Source: Lama glama (lineage: Eukaryota). Taken from it: DNA of 64,000 nt. The translations under genes were made by a program, and so were the position numbers. How positions within the stretch are numbered: position 1 is the first letter of the stretch; each line of letters starts with the position of its first letter. The notes below the pieces were generated by a model. It did not search any database. It saw nothing but the letters and a program-made list of their open reading frames with translations, and was not told the origin of the DNA. This document shows positions 1 through 12,232 of this stretch, piece by piece. Where the stretch lies: positions 98,458,001 to 98,522,000 of the forward strand of contig CM052816.1 of the NCBI GenBank assembly GCA_028534125.1. The letters are read 5' to 3'.

Positions 1-599
1 AGATCCCCTCCGCCGCCTCAGAAGAAAATGACTCTGGCTCTCCTTCAGCCGGTCTCACTCACCCCCTCACCTGCCTACTCTTGTCCACTCTCACCTTCCA
101 CCAAACAGGACCAGGAACCAAGTCCTCTATCTTGCCCCTTTCATCACCAGGTCCTACTCAAGCAACTTTCTTTATTCATTAAGAAATCTTCATTTCAGTA
201 TTGCCTTGTGTATAAAGTTGACTTTGCAAACTCTTTTTGCATTATTTATGTATGTTTAACATATTACTTCATTATTACACTCCTTTCAGTGTAAAAAAAA
301 TAAAATTTGCATCTGTCTGTACGATATTGCATACTGCAAGCAAATACACAGTCTAATGAGTTCATTATGTGCTAAATAACTAAGTAATTGATACTTTCAG
401 TTATTTATATTGTGGACAAGTCCGTGCAGGGTTGTTAAAAACGTTTTAATCCTGTTGGGGGGAAAAGGTGGTAGTTTTGGTTACTCTGCGACATTCTTGT
501 TGTCCGTCTGTGGCTAACCTGCTCTCCCACACGGGTCTTCGGAGCCAGGAGCTCCGATGGCACACTCAAAGCACCTGCAGCAAGAAGGGAAGCGGATGC

Positions 600-1910
600 A
601 GCCATGACGTACCCCCAGCAAATGGATCGCAGCACAGAACCTGAGGTTTGTGGAGCAAAGCCTCAGACAACCATTCTGCTTTGAAGACGTATTTTCCAGC
701 TTGCTGTTGAGCCCTTGTGGTTGACAAGCCACAGGACTGATGTGAGCAACAGCAAATCCATCATCAAATGGCAAAGGCATGAAAGATACAGGGTTTGATC
801 AAATCCTGGAAGCACAGCAAACCGCATGACCATTTGCCTCCGAGTCTCATGGATCTTATTTCTTCTATTGCCTCCTGTCCCGAGACCTCACACAGAGCTG
901 CCTATGACTGGCTGAGTTGGAACAAAACGACTAATCAGCCCTGATACAGAGATAGTTTTTGTAATTAGTGGCCCTGATCAGTGGTTGGTGGCTGGAACAT
1001 TACAGCGTCATAGAGAGATGTTCACAAATGACCAGGGTTGAAGATAAAATCTTGCCATATAGGATAGTAGATGGTCCACTTTTTCTTGACTAAAGCACAG
1101 CAGAGAAAGGGCTCCACCTGGTTTACAAGCTGCAGCCAGCGGTTGGCTAGATGGTCAGGGATCTGGAATGAACTGGCCGGAAGCCTGGGGAGTAGGTACA
1201 TGGAGGGGTCTCGCAGGCTGGGCATGATCTGTGAAGACATTTGAGACCTGAGTGAATACCTACCAGCAGGCATCTCTGCAGAAGAGGCTATGAAAACCAG
1301 GTAGATAAGACGGCCTGTTCGCCCAGGTGTCCTTTCCTCAGCCACACCAGCACCAAACAAAATGGCATGACATTTGCTACGAGGCAACGCGCGGCTCAAC
1401 AACTTGGAATTCCTATCAGTGATGCCACTCTGTCTCCTGTCACTGATGAGTTTCTGCCTGATGACAGCACTGTGCCCTGACATGGCCACCATTCCTTGAG
1501 GGGACCATTCAAGTACTACTGCCAAGTAAATTATATGAAATGCCTTCCACGGTGGAAGGGAAAGGGATGTGTCTGTCCCAAAATAGACATGTATTCTGGG
1601 TGTGGATTTGACTTCCTGATTAACGCTTCTGCCAGCACCGACATCTGTGGATGCATGAAATGCCTGATTCACCATTATGGTACCTCACTCCATGGCTCTT
1701 AATTGAGCAACAAATGTCACAGCAAAAGATGTACAGACACATGCTCATGTCCACGGAGTCCTCTGGCTTTCATCAACAGCCTGCCATTGAGAGACAGATG
1801 GTCAGATGAAATAGTGAACCGATCTACTAGATTTTTAATTATGATTCCAGTTAAGAAACAATAACCTAAAAATCTGAAGGACTGTCTTACAGGAAGCAAT
1901 GTTTATTAAA
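600..1910 (+). mobile_element. Decayed ERV-L (class III endogenous retrovirus) internal pol remnant: RT connection, RNase H and integrase core
   Basis: Frame-shifted segments resemble ERVL Pol in the expected order: 'GLWSKASDN' (~645), 'SIIKW' (~757), 'GWLDGQG/GLAGWSG'-type RNase H segment (~1140), and 'QVNY..LPRWKG..IDMYSGCGFDFL..NASAST..CLIHHYG' (ORF 1496..1702, integrase core). Many stops are present. Confidence 0.85.
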
Positions 1911-2029
1911 ATCCAGTGAACAGGTTGTACAGTACTATTTCCCCCAGAGGCGATGTGGACACATCTGGAAATTTAAGGGGAAAAACTGGGGATGTGTCTG
2001 TCACACGTCCCTCTCACTATTGCACCTCA

Positions 2030-2720
2030 TAACAGGTAAGGCAAGTGAGGCAGTTACATCAAGTGTCAGATGTAAGAAGCGCCAAAAACTCGTTCTTCAG
2101 GATAAATAATATTTTAATGCAATTTTTCAAAAAATCTCTGGTGAACACAATATTAGGAATTTAAATAAAGACAGGTTTTATAATCTGAGGCTAATTAAGC
2201 TTTATTTAAAATTGTCACTTGGTGATGAGAAATTGTCCAACACGGCAATTCTCAGTTGAAAAAGAGATAAGCAAAGAAGTTGATTTTGAAAATATTACTG
2301 ATGAATATGTTTCCATTAAGGCCAGAAAAAGTAGCATTATAATAAATTCTGCTTTTGATATAAATAAAACATTTTAACATGTTTCAAATTCCAGTATACC
2401 TACTTTCAATCTTTTAATACTTTTTCAACTACTGTAATATTGTACAAAAATTATTTACTAAAACAAAATACACAAAAATCTATATATAAGGATGCACATT
2501 TTCCCCTTTGCTGCTTAGGTTCCAAAATGGTTTGGCTCCTGTTGGGTCTTGTCTTCATTTCAAATTTTGGCATTTTTGTTCATCATGTATTTCTGGCATC
2601 AATTTTGATTTTTTTTAAATATTGCATTAAAACACTATTTATCTTGATTAGAATCTTTTGGTGCCTCAAATTTTGTGCCTGAGACAGATGCTTCACTTGG
2701 CTCCCTCAATTCCAGTCCTC
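2030..2720 (+). mobile_element. MER96-like hAT DNA transposon with long terminal inverted repeats and a transposase C-terminal remnant
   Basis: 2080-2135 (gccaaaaactc..gataaataatattttaatgcaattttt) is inverted-complementary to ~2605-2665. The ends resemble MER96B termini. 2182-2330 translates with one frameshift to NLRLIKLYLKLSLGDEKLSNTAILS/EKEISKEVDFENITDEYVSIKARK, which resembles a hAT dimerization domain. Confidence 0.75.
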
Positions 2721-2729
2721 GGTCTTAGT

Positions 2730-3059
2730 TCCTATGATAGGGTTCTCCAAAGAAATAATAAACCAATAGGTTTATTATAAGGAGTTGGCTCACATGATTA
2801 TGGAGGCTGAGAAGTGACAAGATCTGCAGATGTTAAGCTCAGGACTCAAGAAGAATCAACGTTTCAGTGCAAGTTCAAAGGCCAGGAAAAGACCCATGTC
2901 CCAGCTCAAGGCAGTTGGGCAAGAGGAATTCCACCTTCATCATGGGAATGTCAGATGTTTTTGTTCTGTTCAGGTTTTCAATTGATGAGTTCTATTCAAG
3001 CTATGAAGGGCAACTTGCAGTCCTCAATCAGTTCAGATGTTGATTTCATCCAGAAACAG

Positions 3060-3091
<32 letters not shown>

Positions 3092-3166
3092 CCAGAGAAT
3101 GTTGTTTGGTCAGATGACTGGCCCCTCATTGTCCCAGTTATGTTGACACATAAATTAACCATCACA
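2730..3166 (-). mobile_element. MLT2-family (ERVL) solo LTR
   Basis: Ends in gttgacacataaattaaccatcaca, the reverse complement of the MLT2 5' end (TGTGATGGTTAAT..). Contains the typical agggttctccaaagaa..aaccaatagg and ggctcacatgattatggaggctgagaag motifs. Confidence 0.85.
3061..3088. repeat. (CA)n microsatellite inside the MLT2 LTR
   Basis: Perfect CA run read directly from the sequence. Confidence 0.95.
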
Positions 3167-4579
3167 GTTTCTTCCATCAGACCACACAGCAATGACTTCA
3201 CTGAATCAAAGTTGAGACTAAGACTCTGTATTTGCAGGAATAAATGATTCTAATCACCAGGAGGGCTCAGGGGGTGGAATTCTAAGGGTTCTCGTGAAGC
3301 TTGTACCTTCAATGCACCTTGCAAGTCCTAGAACTGAGGCCAGCTCCTTCAAGACAGACTATGACCCACCAAAGAATTATGAGAATAAGCATGAATAATT
3401 TGGAAGGGGTAAAAAAAATGATAACATGAAAATATTGGACTGTGTGATGAGCCCAAGTCTGACAAAAAAATCCACAGAGCATGTTACAATACCTGGGCAG
3501 TGAAGCAATGGTCTTCAGAAGATAAAAGGTGGGGTTTGAGTTTGCCAAGTAGATTAATTACCTTGAGTTCCAGAGAATCATCTAGAAAGAGGGTGCCATG
3601 GAAGGTGATTTTCAGTCCCCTATATTGGACTCTGAATATCTATATAAAATAAAACTATTCCTGGAAAAAGAGGGGGCCCCATGCAATTAAATGACCTCAG
3701 ATTTCAGGAAGCCAAAGGGGAGCAACATCCTCCTAGAGGCCCCCAAAAACTGGATGCCGAGGTCTGGGCTCCAGGACCCAGTCTGAAAGTGCGGCCTCGG
3801 TCTGCATCACACCCCAAGATGATGCCCTGTGAGTTAGTTAGGATGTTGAGAGCTGAGCGTTGACAACCACGCAGCATCCTGTCCAAGGAAATGCATGTCT
3901 GAGCGATCATCTTACAAGTATGTTCTGAAATAAGGATTGCTTCTTCTTTAAAGTAGATTTGTCCAAATGCAGACAGTTCTTTTCTCCCTGCACTGGGGGG
4001 ATCTCTCCTGAAGATAGAATAGCCTGCAGCACAACTACACCCCCAGGGACAGGAGAGAAAACAGAGCTACGGGTGATGACAGAACTAGACCGGTAGATTG
4101 CAGCAGCCGACCTCTGGGTGTCAAGTGCGGTGCTGGTGTCTGTCTTGGAAATGATGGGTGTCTATGCCAGCACAAACAGGCACTGCTCCCATCTCAGAAA
4201 AATACGATCTTTACTGGACAGTAATTGATACCAGCAATTCTTGAGGTCTTGAAAATGGGACATGGAGTGTTGCAGGTGTGGATTTCTTAGTGCCTGACTT
4301 CCTGTAGCCGAGGACCCACAGGAATCACAGGAGTCACACTGGGAAGCTGATACATGATGACAAACCTAGGGTGCAGGCTTGTTTCAGAGGCACTTCTGCT
4401 GACTGGCCCTTGCCTTTGCTAGTTATGATTTGGGAAGTAGCTCTGATAACACACAAACCCCTCTTCTTCGTATGGCCAGAGCTCTGAAATAAACAAGGTG
4501 GACAGATCTGCAGTGGTGAATATCACGCGATGCCCTTTAGCCCCACTTCATAACTGGAATGATCCCGTGTTGGCCAGTG

Positions 4580-4940
4580 CACCATTTCGATGGTTCATCA
4601 GAGGTTGCTAGGGGTTGGGGGCGGGAGGTGGCTTGGTGGAGCACAGAGGGTTTTTAAGGCAGTGAAACCGTTCTGTACGATACTGTAATTGCGGAGACAT
4701 GACATAGCACATTTGTCAGAACCCACATAATGCACAACACAAAGAATGAACTCTAAGATAAATTACAAACTTCAGTTAATGATAGTGTACCAAGGTAGCT
4801 TCACTGGTTTTACCAAATGTACCGCACTGATACAAAAGGTAGTAACAAGGAAAACTGTGTGCTGGGGAGAAGAGAGTATCTCCTCACTTTCCGATAATTT
4901 CCCTAAGTACATAAAATGGCTCTAAATAAATAAAATCCAC
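4580..4940 (+). mobile_element. Old L1 (L1MC-like) 3' UTR fragment
   Basis: ggttgctaggggttggggg..gagcacagagggtttttaaggcagtgaaac..tctgtacgatactgtaa..catttgtcagaaccca..ctctaaataaataaaat matches L1MC-type 3' ends. Confidence 0.75.
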
Positions 4941-6269
4941 TACGTGGAGGGAAAAGAGTTTATGAAATTGGACCTATTGGATTGATACATAAAACAGGAG
5001 TGACAAACCCCTCAGAGAAAGTATATGCAATGAAAACCCAGGCAAGGAATGGAATCAAATAAACACCCATGAAATTAATATCAAAATACCTGGCCTCTGG
5101 CTGGAGACTGCAGTGTTTGAGAGAGAGGAGGCCACGGACAGCACCTGGCGGAAACCAGCGTCTGCAACAGCAAAGAAATTCATGAAACCTGTAAGGTGTG
5201 TTAAGAGGATGCCCAAAACACTTGGGGAGGAAACTTTGCATAGAACTGGAGACTCCTCCTCCTCAGGCTGGAGAAAAGCCAGTGAAACACAAGTTGGCGT
5301 ATTCACAACGAGGCTACAGGCTTCCTGAGGTTGCTGTGGTCACAGGGACACTGGTCATCCTTCAGTTAGACGATTTGTATATATTAGGATTTAAAACAAC
5401 AGTTTTCAAACACTGTCTGCGTTCATTCATAATGTGGCTGGGGTTCAGGCTGAAAAGTGCCAGGATCTCTCCAGGGGTCCTCAGAAGAAGACCTCAGGCA
5501 TCAAGGGGGAGCTGGAGGTCAGAAATAAAGGGCAGGGGTGCCCCAAAGAGGGAAGGGCCCCATGGGTGCAGGCAGGTATGTTTTCTAGGTCTGGTCCTAC
5601 GGGATCAAAATCTCCCCTGCTCTACCTCCTAGTGGACCTTTCTGGAGTGTTCCTTGGGTGTATTACAGAATAACTGTTTTCTGTGGCCAGAAAAATAGAT
5701 GGCGCCTCTGTGGAGTGAGTTACCTTGCCACATGCCAGACAACAGGTAAAGAAAACAAAAATGTGCCCGAATGAGATGATTACACAGAAAATCGGGAGTT
5801 CATGGCAGATACTCAGTAAGGCCTGGGAGTCCCACTGGGTCTGGAAAATTGCAGCAATTTAGCAATTTAGGGAACTGTCACTGAGAAAGAGAGAGAAAAA
5901 TGGAATGTTTTTCAGATCTCCAGGTACTGCTGCATTTTCAAGACAGGACACTCATCACTGACACGTTGTTTTTCTAAAACCGCATGTTTATTGAAAAAGT
6001 AGCAGTTAAATAGGGAAATCATAAAAGATGACATGAAAAACAGACAAGGGATTATTTCCTGGCCCAAGTGGATGTGATTTCTCATTGGATGGTCAGTTAG
6101 CTGGAGCAACAGCTGTTTACCCAAAGGCTCAGTGTTCAGCAATTTCATATTTGCGTTAACAAATAGCTGTGATAAAGCCCACAGTTTCAATTTTTTAGAA
6201 CCGCCTTAGACTGGAAAATTGTGCATGAAATATAAAGTCTTTTCCTTTGTTTATCTGTGCTGTCTGTAT

Positions 6270-6875
6270 GCAGTCCTGCGGACCACCGAGATGTGTAACA
6301 AACCAACCACAAAGTTACTGAGTTAAGACAACAGGTTTGTGGTTTTACAATTCTGAAGGGCAGAAATCTGACTCGGGTCCTACCAGGCTAAAATCTACAT
6401 GTCAGCAGGATGTGGTCCATCCTGGAGGCTGTAAGGAAGAATCTGCTTCCGGCTAAGCTGGGTGGTTGGCAGAATTCAATTTCTTGTAGTAGGACAGAGG
6501 CCCCACTTCCTCAGCTGAAGGCGCCAGCTGAAGGCTGTTTCCAGCTTCTCGGGGACCATCTGCATTCCTTGGCTCACGGCTCCTTCTTCCATCTTCATGC
6601 CAGCAAGGACGGGCTGAGTCCCTCTCAGCTTCAGGGCCTTCTTGCTTCATCTTCTGCTGGTACATCCCTCTGATGAGTCTTCTGCCTCCCTCTCCCCCTT
6701 TTAAGGTTCACATAATTATACCAAGCCCACCAGTGTATCTCCTGGGAGATAAGTCAGGATAATCTCTGTGTTCTAAGATCTGCAGCCTTAATTCTACCTA
6801 CAAAGTTCTTCCATGACAAAACATGGGGTCCAGGGATTAGGGTGTGGACACGTGGGGGCAAATTCACCCTGACTC
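6270..6875 (-). mobile_element. MLT1 (MaLR) solo LTR
   Basis: Typical MLT1 minus-strand motifs: tgtaacaaac..acaattctgaagggcagaaatctg..ggctaaaatc..gtcagcagg..ttggcagaattcaatttcttgtag..ccagggattagggtgtggaca. Confidence 0.8.
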
Positions 6876-8129
6876 ACCTCCCAGGTGAAAGCAGCTTGCG
6901 TGTGGTCCAAGTACGTCCACATGCGCACACTGTCCCTGTACTTTCTTAGGGCACAGGCTCACCTCCCAGCCCACCCTTTCCTATTCATAAGAAGCGTTTA
7001 TTTTCAGGATGCAAGCAAGGATGAAGGGCTCTCACTCCTGCTGATACACCCATCCTTAGAGACAGCTGCACAGAATCCAGAGAGCCTCCTTCTCTTCGAG
7101 ATCCTTCACTAACTAAAACCTACTCTGAGCCCACCCCCAGCAGTCTCCTGACCCCCCACCTGTGGTCTCCTCGTGCTTCAGGGCAGAAAACTATGGACTG
7201 TCAGGGCCTCCGGCTTTCTTTGGAACTGGCTTGTGTCTAATGGACACAGAGTACAAAGGAAATGCCTTTGTTGACATCTGATGACCAGAAATGGCTGTCC
7301 AGTCCACCCATTCTGCTCATTTATCACAGAACTTGGAGGGGTCACAGCTGTCTCCCAGTTGCCCACCACTTATTTATAAGAATCATCATGAACATCACAA
7401 TGGAAAGATCAGTTTACACCATGAAGGAAAAGCTTTTGGCAGGTGCATTGGTTTGTTAAGGTCCTTCATGGGTTTTTGACACCCAAGGATGGTTGGTTAA
7501 AGGCAAAGCTGAGATCCAAGACTGATCTTGGAGTGTCAAGGAAATGACGAATTGCTCATGTTCCGAGGCACGCTGCAAGCACAGTCAGGCAGGGAGCGCA
7601 ATGGCAGGGTCTCGGATGGCTCGTGTGCCTGCACTTACGTGCTTGTGGGGCCTGCACAAGTCAAGTCCTGTCTTCCAACATAACGGGGAGCTAGCCGCTG
7701 ACCCGCCGCATCCGGCACGGGGGATGGCAATGGGAATGAGGGGTTACAAGTAAAGCCAGGGACATCCTGAGACCCAACAGAAAAGGAATCAGGAGAGTTC
7801 AACAGGGAGGGACCCCACAAAACAAAGCTGGGGCTCAGAAGAGACCAGATGGCACAGAAATTTCTGTTAAGACAAGGGTATTTTAAATGCCACTCTTGAA
7901 AACATACAAGTTCAGGATTCCTGCCCCAGTGAATAGGCCCTTGATCTGTGTTATTGGGTAAAGTGTTGGGACTACACAGCCCATCCCTTGTTCCAGATCA
8001 CATTTCTCTCTTCCTGTCTCCATCCCATCCTGTCCCCATCCCTACAACAGGGCAGGTGCAAGCAGCCTCCCTCGGTAGGACACCTTTCCCCTGAGTCTCC
8101 TGGGGATGGAGAGGCCTAGGGGAGCACCA

Positions 8130-8232
8130 ATTCTGTGGTATATTTGCCAAAAATGCAGAACCTCAATCTAATCAGGAGAAAACATCAGGCAAACCAACAG
8201 CCAGGGAATCCTACAAAGTGCCCAGCCAGCAA
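8130..8232 (+). mobile_element. Short old L1 (L1MC/MD-like) 3' fragment
   Basis: tctgtggtatatttgccaaaaatgcagaacctcaatctaatcaggagaaaacatcaggcaaacc resembles an L1MC/MD 3' UTR segment. Confidence 0.6.
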
Positions 8233-8747
8233 GGTTGCGCAGGCAATGTGATGGAAGACGCTCAGCGCAGAGCAGCAGGGTGATGCCCCGCAAGGCAGGG
8301 GTTTGGGGTGTTGCCTCCGCAGCCGCCGCTGCTGTGTTGCTTTCATCACGAGGACTGTGCCTCACAGGAGCTGATAGCTGGCTGCGGAGGAAGAACCAGC
8401 CACAGAGAATCCGCAGTGCAGAAGGCCGTTGGATTGCCTGCTGCAGATACAACCACTGAGTCGTTCAACTGCTGGCTTAGAGACGTGGGGTGGACATTGT
8501 TGGACACACAGAAAGCTTTTTGAAGGGAGAAGTGAAGCAAATTTGAGCTCGGCCAGAAAGATGAGCAGTATTGCTTTTAGAGGATTCCAAGAAATAAAAA
8601 CACAAGGCAGCCCAGAGGTGCTGAGGACCGCCCTTGGGTTTGCAGGGGCACAATTTGACCTCAGAAGGCAGCACCCTCTCCTGCATAGCTGTACCACAGT
8701 GAGCGAGGGCGGCCACCTTTGAGTCAATAACTTCTACCTTTGAGTCG

Positions 8748-9075
8748 TGTATTCATTTCTTATGGCAGCTCTAGGTCCCCGCAAACGTATTGGCTTAAAA
8801 CAACATACATTTATTATCTTACATTATGCAAGCCCGAGTCTTGAGGTGCGGAAATCGGGGTGTGAGTAGGGCTGGTTCTTTCCGAAAGCTCCTTTCTGGC
8901 TTCTGGAGGCGACCCCATCCCTCGGCTCCTGGATGCATCTTCCAGTCTCTGCTTCCACTGTGTTTGCTGCCTGCCCCCCACTGACCCTCCTACCCTTTTA
9001 GAAGGGAGCTCTGCACTTACACTTGCAGCCCACTCCGATAATCCAGATCAACCTCAAGTCTCAAGCACCGAGGGG
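8748..9075 (-). mobile_element. MLT1 (MaLR) LTR
   Basis: tgtattcatttcttatggcagct..ggcttaaaacaaca..tttattatcttaca..gggctggttctttc..gataatccagat. Confidence 0.75.
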
Positions 9076-9599
9076 GTCACGGGCAGAGGGGAGTTTCAGA
9101 GGACCTCAGAGACAAGCCTGTGAGTTAGTTTCTGTAACTGGAAGATAGACTGACTCACAGCATTTTAAATAGGGTCCTGGCACAAGAAGAGAACAAACAA
9201 ACGTGTGGCTGTCATCTGCAGGGCAGCTTTCAGCAGGAGGGACAGGGGTCAGGGAAGCGGACTGGGACACTTGGACACTGTTGCAAAGACCCAGGCGCAG
9301 GAGTCCCCCAGCAGAAGAGAGCAGCCCTGCTGGGTAAGGAGGACGGACAAGGGAAAGGACAGGTCGGGGGCAGGTCCAAGACTCCCGACCACCACACACT
9401 GGGGACAAGGAGGAGGGGCTTGAGAAGGGGCTCATTTTCCTGAGAGCTGCAGCAGCTGCCAGGTGGACCAGGAGGCGAGGGGAGGACGTGTCCCTGACAC
9501 AGCCCTGGGACTCCTGCTCCCCGGTATTGGGGTGACTTGGTGTGTTCTCATCCCTCTAGGGCACATTTGTCATACTTGTCTAGTTTATCATCGTCTACA

Positions 9600-9797
9600 T
9601 TTTATTTATTTATTCAACATTTTTTATTGAGTTATAATCATTCTACAATGTTGTGTCAAATTCTAGTGAAGAACACAATTTTTCAGTTATACATGAACAT
9701 ATATATATTCATTGTCACATTTTTTTCTCTGTGAGCTACCATAAGATCTTGTGTATATTTCCCTGTGCTGTGCAGTATAATCTTGTTGATCTGTTCT
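9600..9797 (-). mobile_element. Young camelid L1 3' end, 5'-truncated
   Basis: aacattttttattgagttataatcattctacaatgttgtgtcaaattctagtg..gagctaccataagatcttgtgtatatttccctgtgct is near-identical to the copies at 16.2, 24.8, 30.4 and 60.2 kb. Confidence 0.9.
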
Positions 9798-10959
9798 AAG
9801 TGAATGGAGGGCCATACCACCTTTAAGAATAGGAAGGGAACTGTGTTTACTTTCCATTTCTGTCAAAGAGGATAATCTTGACCCAGGCATCATGAAAATC
9901 CAGTAAGATAGCATAGAGACTCATGTCTGGAAATGCTATCCATACACGTGATCTTATGCAAGAAGTCTGACAAAGGGTAGCACTGAGATAACTAGTCAGG
10001 GCTAACACCCATCTACCACATGGTGTGTCCCCCCACTGTTGCCTGTGACATTGACTTGCATATACTTTGATCACAGGATGGATTTTTCCCTTAAGAAAGC
10101 TCTGACAATAATTAGATAACATGTTACAGAAAGTTAAACTTACATAACAACAAAAACTGAAAAGTTTGTTACACAAGTTATAAAACCGAGGGAGAGCCTC
10201 CTGAAACAGCATGTGTGTTTGCACTTGTTACATCGCACTTCTCTTCCTCTTCTCACTTGGGTGGCACCCAACCCCACGCACACGCTAACTGGAAGTGTCG
10301 GATCACACTCACATGGGATCACGTGGCAGGTGCTCAAGGCCAGCCGATTTCTTTGAAGACTCAAAGGGAAAGTTATCACTTCCAACGGTTACCTAAATGG
10401 GTCCCCTATTGTATATTCAGATGAAAACCCACAGGCAGATAAAAATGTTCGTGTGAAAACCCAACAGGCAGACCTGGGAGAAGAGCCCTCATCCAGGCTC
10501 TTGGAAATAAATGTGGCAAATTCAACTTCGCTTCTCAGCAACACCGAGTGCTTAGCCAGAGTTCTCTTCCATCCATTTATTTCTTGGTAGTATATATACA
10601 TGTTTATTATCTTTTTCGCTTGAATTTTCCTACTTTTTTCATCTTTTAAAACATTTTCCAAATATAGATAAGTCTTAAAAAGGTATGAGGAGCTCTATTT
10701 TTTGGAACGAAACTGGTGGAGAAATTCTGGTCCAAATTATTGTGTTTTTACTTTCAATTTAAACAGAATAGTTGAATTTAACCAGATAAAAAACAAAATT
10801 GAGACACAATCTGCTTTGCTTGAAGTGCATTAAACCCGCTCACATTTGTCCTGTCTGTCCCTCGCTTCCCACTCCCGACCCCAGCGGGGCCCTGGGACGT
10901 CTAGGCCACCTCCCTGCAGACGCCAGGGGAAGGGTGTTTTTGTCAACAATCTCCTTCTC

Positions 10960-11178
10960 TCCGTCTGTGACAAGAACCTAGGCACAGAGGGAAGACCCTG
11001 TGCGACACAGCAAGGGACAGCCTTCCGCAAGCCAAGGAGCGGGGCCTTGGAAGACACCAGCCTTGCTGACAACTTCATCTTGAACCTCCAGCCTTCAGCA
11101 AGGTGAGAAAGTAACCGTCGGTCTTTTAAGTCACGCCTCCTCCGGCACTTTGCAACAACAGCCCAGCCGACTAATGTA
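10960..11178 (+). mobile_element. MLT1 (MaLR) LTR, 3' half
   Basis: gacagccttccgcaagccaaggag..gaagacaccagccttgctgacaacttcatcttgaacctccagccttcag..gtgagaaagtaa..gcccagccgactaa. Confidence 0.75.
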
Positions 11179-11459
11179 ACGGCCTCCCTTTAAAAATGAT
11201 GAAACCCACGTGTCTACCTTGCTCCCGGCCAAAATCCACTTAAACTGTGGAAAAGGGGTAAAAACGCGTAAATTATGAGAAAGAAGAGAGTGGAAACAGA
11301 GGTGGGAGCTGCACTGTTTTGGAAGCTGGAAAGCAGATGAATAAACACTTTTTGTTTTAGCAACACCAGCAGCGAAACCTAAGCTGGCACTGGGGTCCTA
11401 AGCAAGGCACTCTGTGCCAAGACCCCAGGTGGGCTCGGGAGGTGGGGAGCTGTAGCTGG

Positions 11460-11690
11460 GGTGCCCGAAACACGGATGGAGGGCAGGGGAGAAAAAAGGA
11501 CTCCCCCTGAGAGTGGCTGTGGGCCCCCGGCTTTCCAACCCAGCCCGCGCGCAGAGGCTGCCTTCTGCCTCCTCCTCCAGCTCCTCCCCCCGGTATGTGG
11601 GCGTCGGTCCTCGGGGGCTGCGGGCACAGCCGCGCACAGGGCACGGGGTGAAAACAGGAGATCCAGTGAAAACCGCGTACTGGGTGGGGG
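11460..11690. promoter_or_regulatory. Small GC/CpG-rich islet
   Basis: Dense CpGs (cccgcgcgca, ggcgtcgg, gccgcgcac, accgcgt) against a CpG-depleted background. Confidence 0.4.
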
Positions 11691-11956
11691 CAGAAGGAAA
11701 TGAGGAGGAGACAGAGACAGTGCAGAAAGCAGAACCATTTTTTCAAAAATGCTTAATGAATATCCTTAGAAATCAGGGAACCCTTGGCATCAGTTGAAAC
11801 AAGTAGCAATATAACATCTCACAGTATGAGGTGATATTTATTAACGAAGTCTTAGCTACGGATGGGCTTTCAGACCATTTTCCAGTGTTTTTGATATTCA
11901 GAAATATTCTTGTACAAATAATATCCTGACTTTTAATCATAATGAGATAAATTCTT

Positions 11957-12232
11957 TTAAAAATGGGGTTTCTGGGGCAAAGGTTGTGTGTCCATCAAGT
12001 TGTCAGCGATACGCTTCAAAGAGCTGTAGCCGTTCTCGTCGTGACCAGCCACAGGCGGCCGTATCTCTCTGGCTCCTCCTCCGGACGGAAGAGGGGGTCC
12101 TCGCCTCGCTCTGCTCGTCTGCTGGGCGGGCAAGGCGAGGCTGCTGCCACTTTGGCTTCCGTTTTCCTGCACGCCGGGGGTGCTGAGATTGCTGACCACC
12201 TGTGTTTCCCCTTCTGTGTGTTGCTCGTCCAT
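11957..12232 (-). CDS. Candidate 91-aa small ORF of unknown function (unvalidated)
   Basis: CpG-retaining non-repeat ORF. Kozak context gatATGG, TATAAAT at 12285-12279, AATAAA at 11842-11837 after the stop. No recognised homologue. Confidence 0.2.
   Translation of the reverse strand: MDEQHTEGETQVVSNLSTPGVQENGSQSGSSLALPAQQTSRARRGPPLPSGGGAREIRPPVAGHDENGYSSLKRIADNLMDTQPLPQKPHF

Noticed and set aside
1022..1675. 217-aa minus-strand ORF
   Set aside because: It is antisense to the decayed ERVL pol remnant and has no recognisable protein features.
8235..8600. CpG-retaining stretch ending near AATAAA, possible processed pseudogene
   Set aside because: No frame resembles a protein I know, and there is no poly(A) tail or TSD.
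10422..10472. Short direct repeats (tgaaaaccc(a)acaggcaga; also 8716-8746 and 14433-14461) as a CRISPR-like or other array
   Set aside because: Only two copies each in a mammalian context; ordinary micro-duplications.
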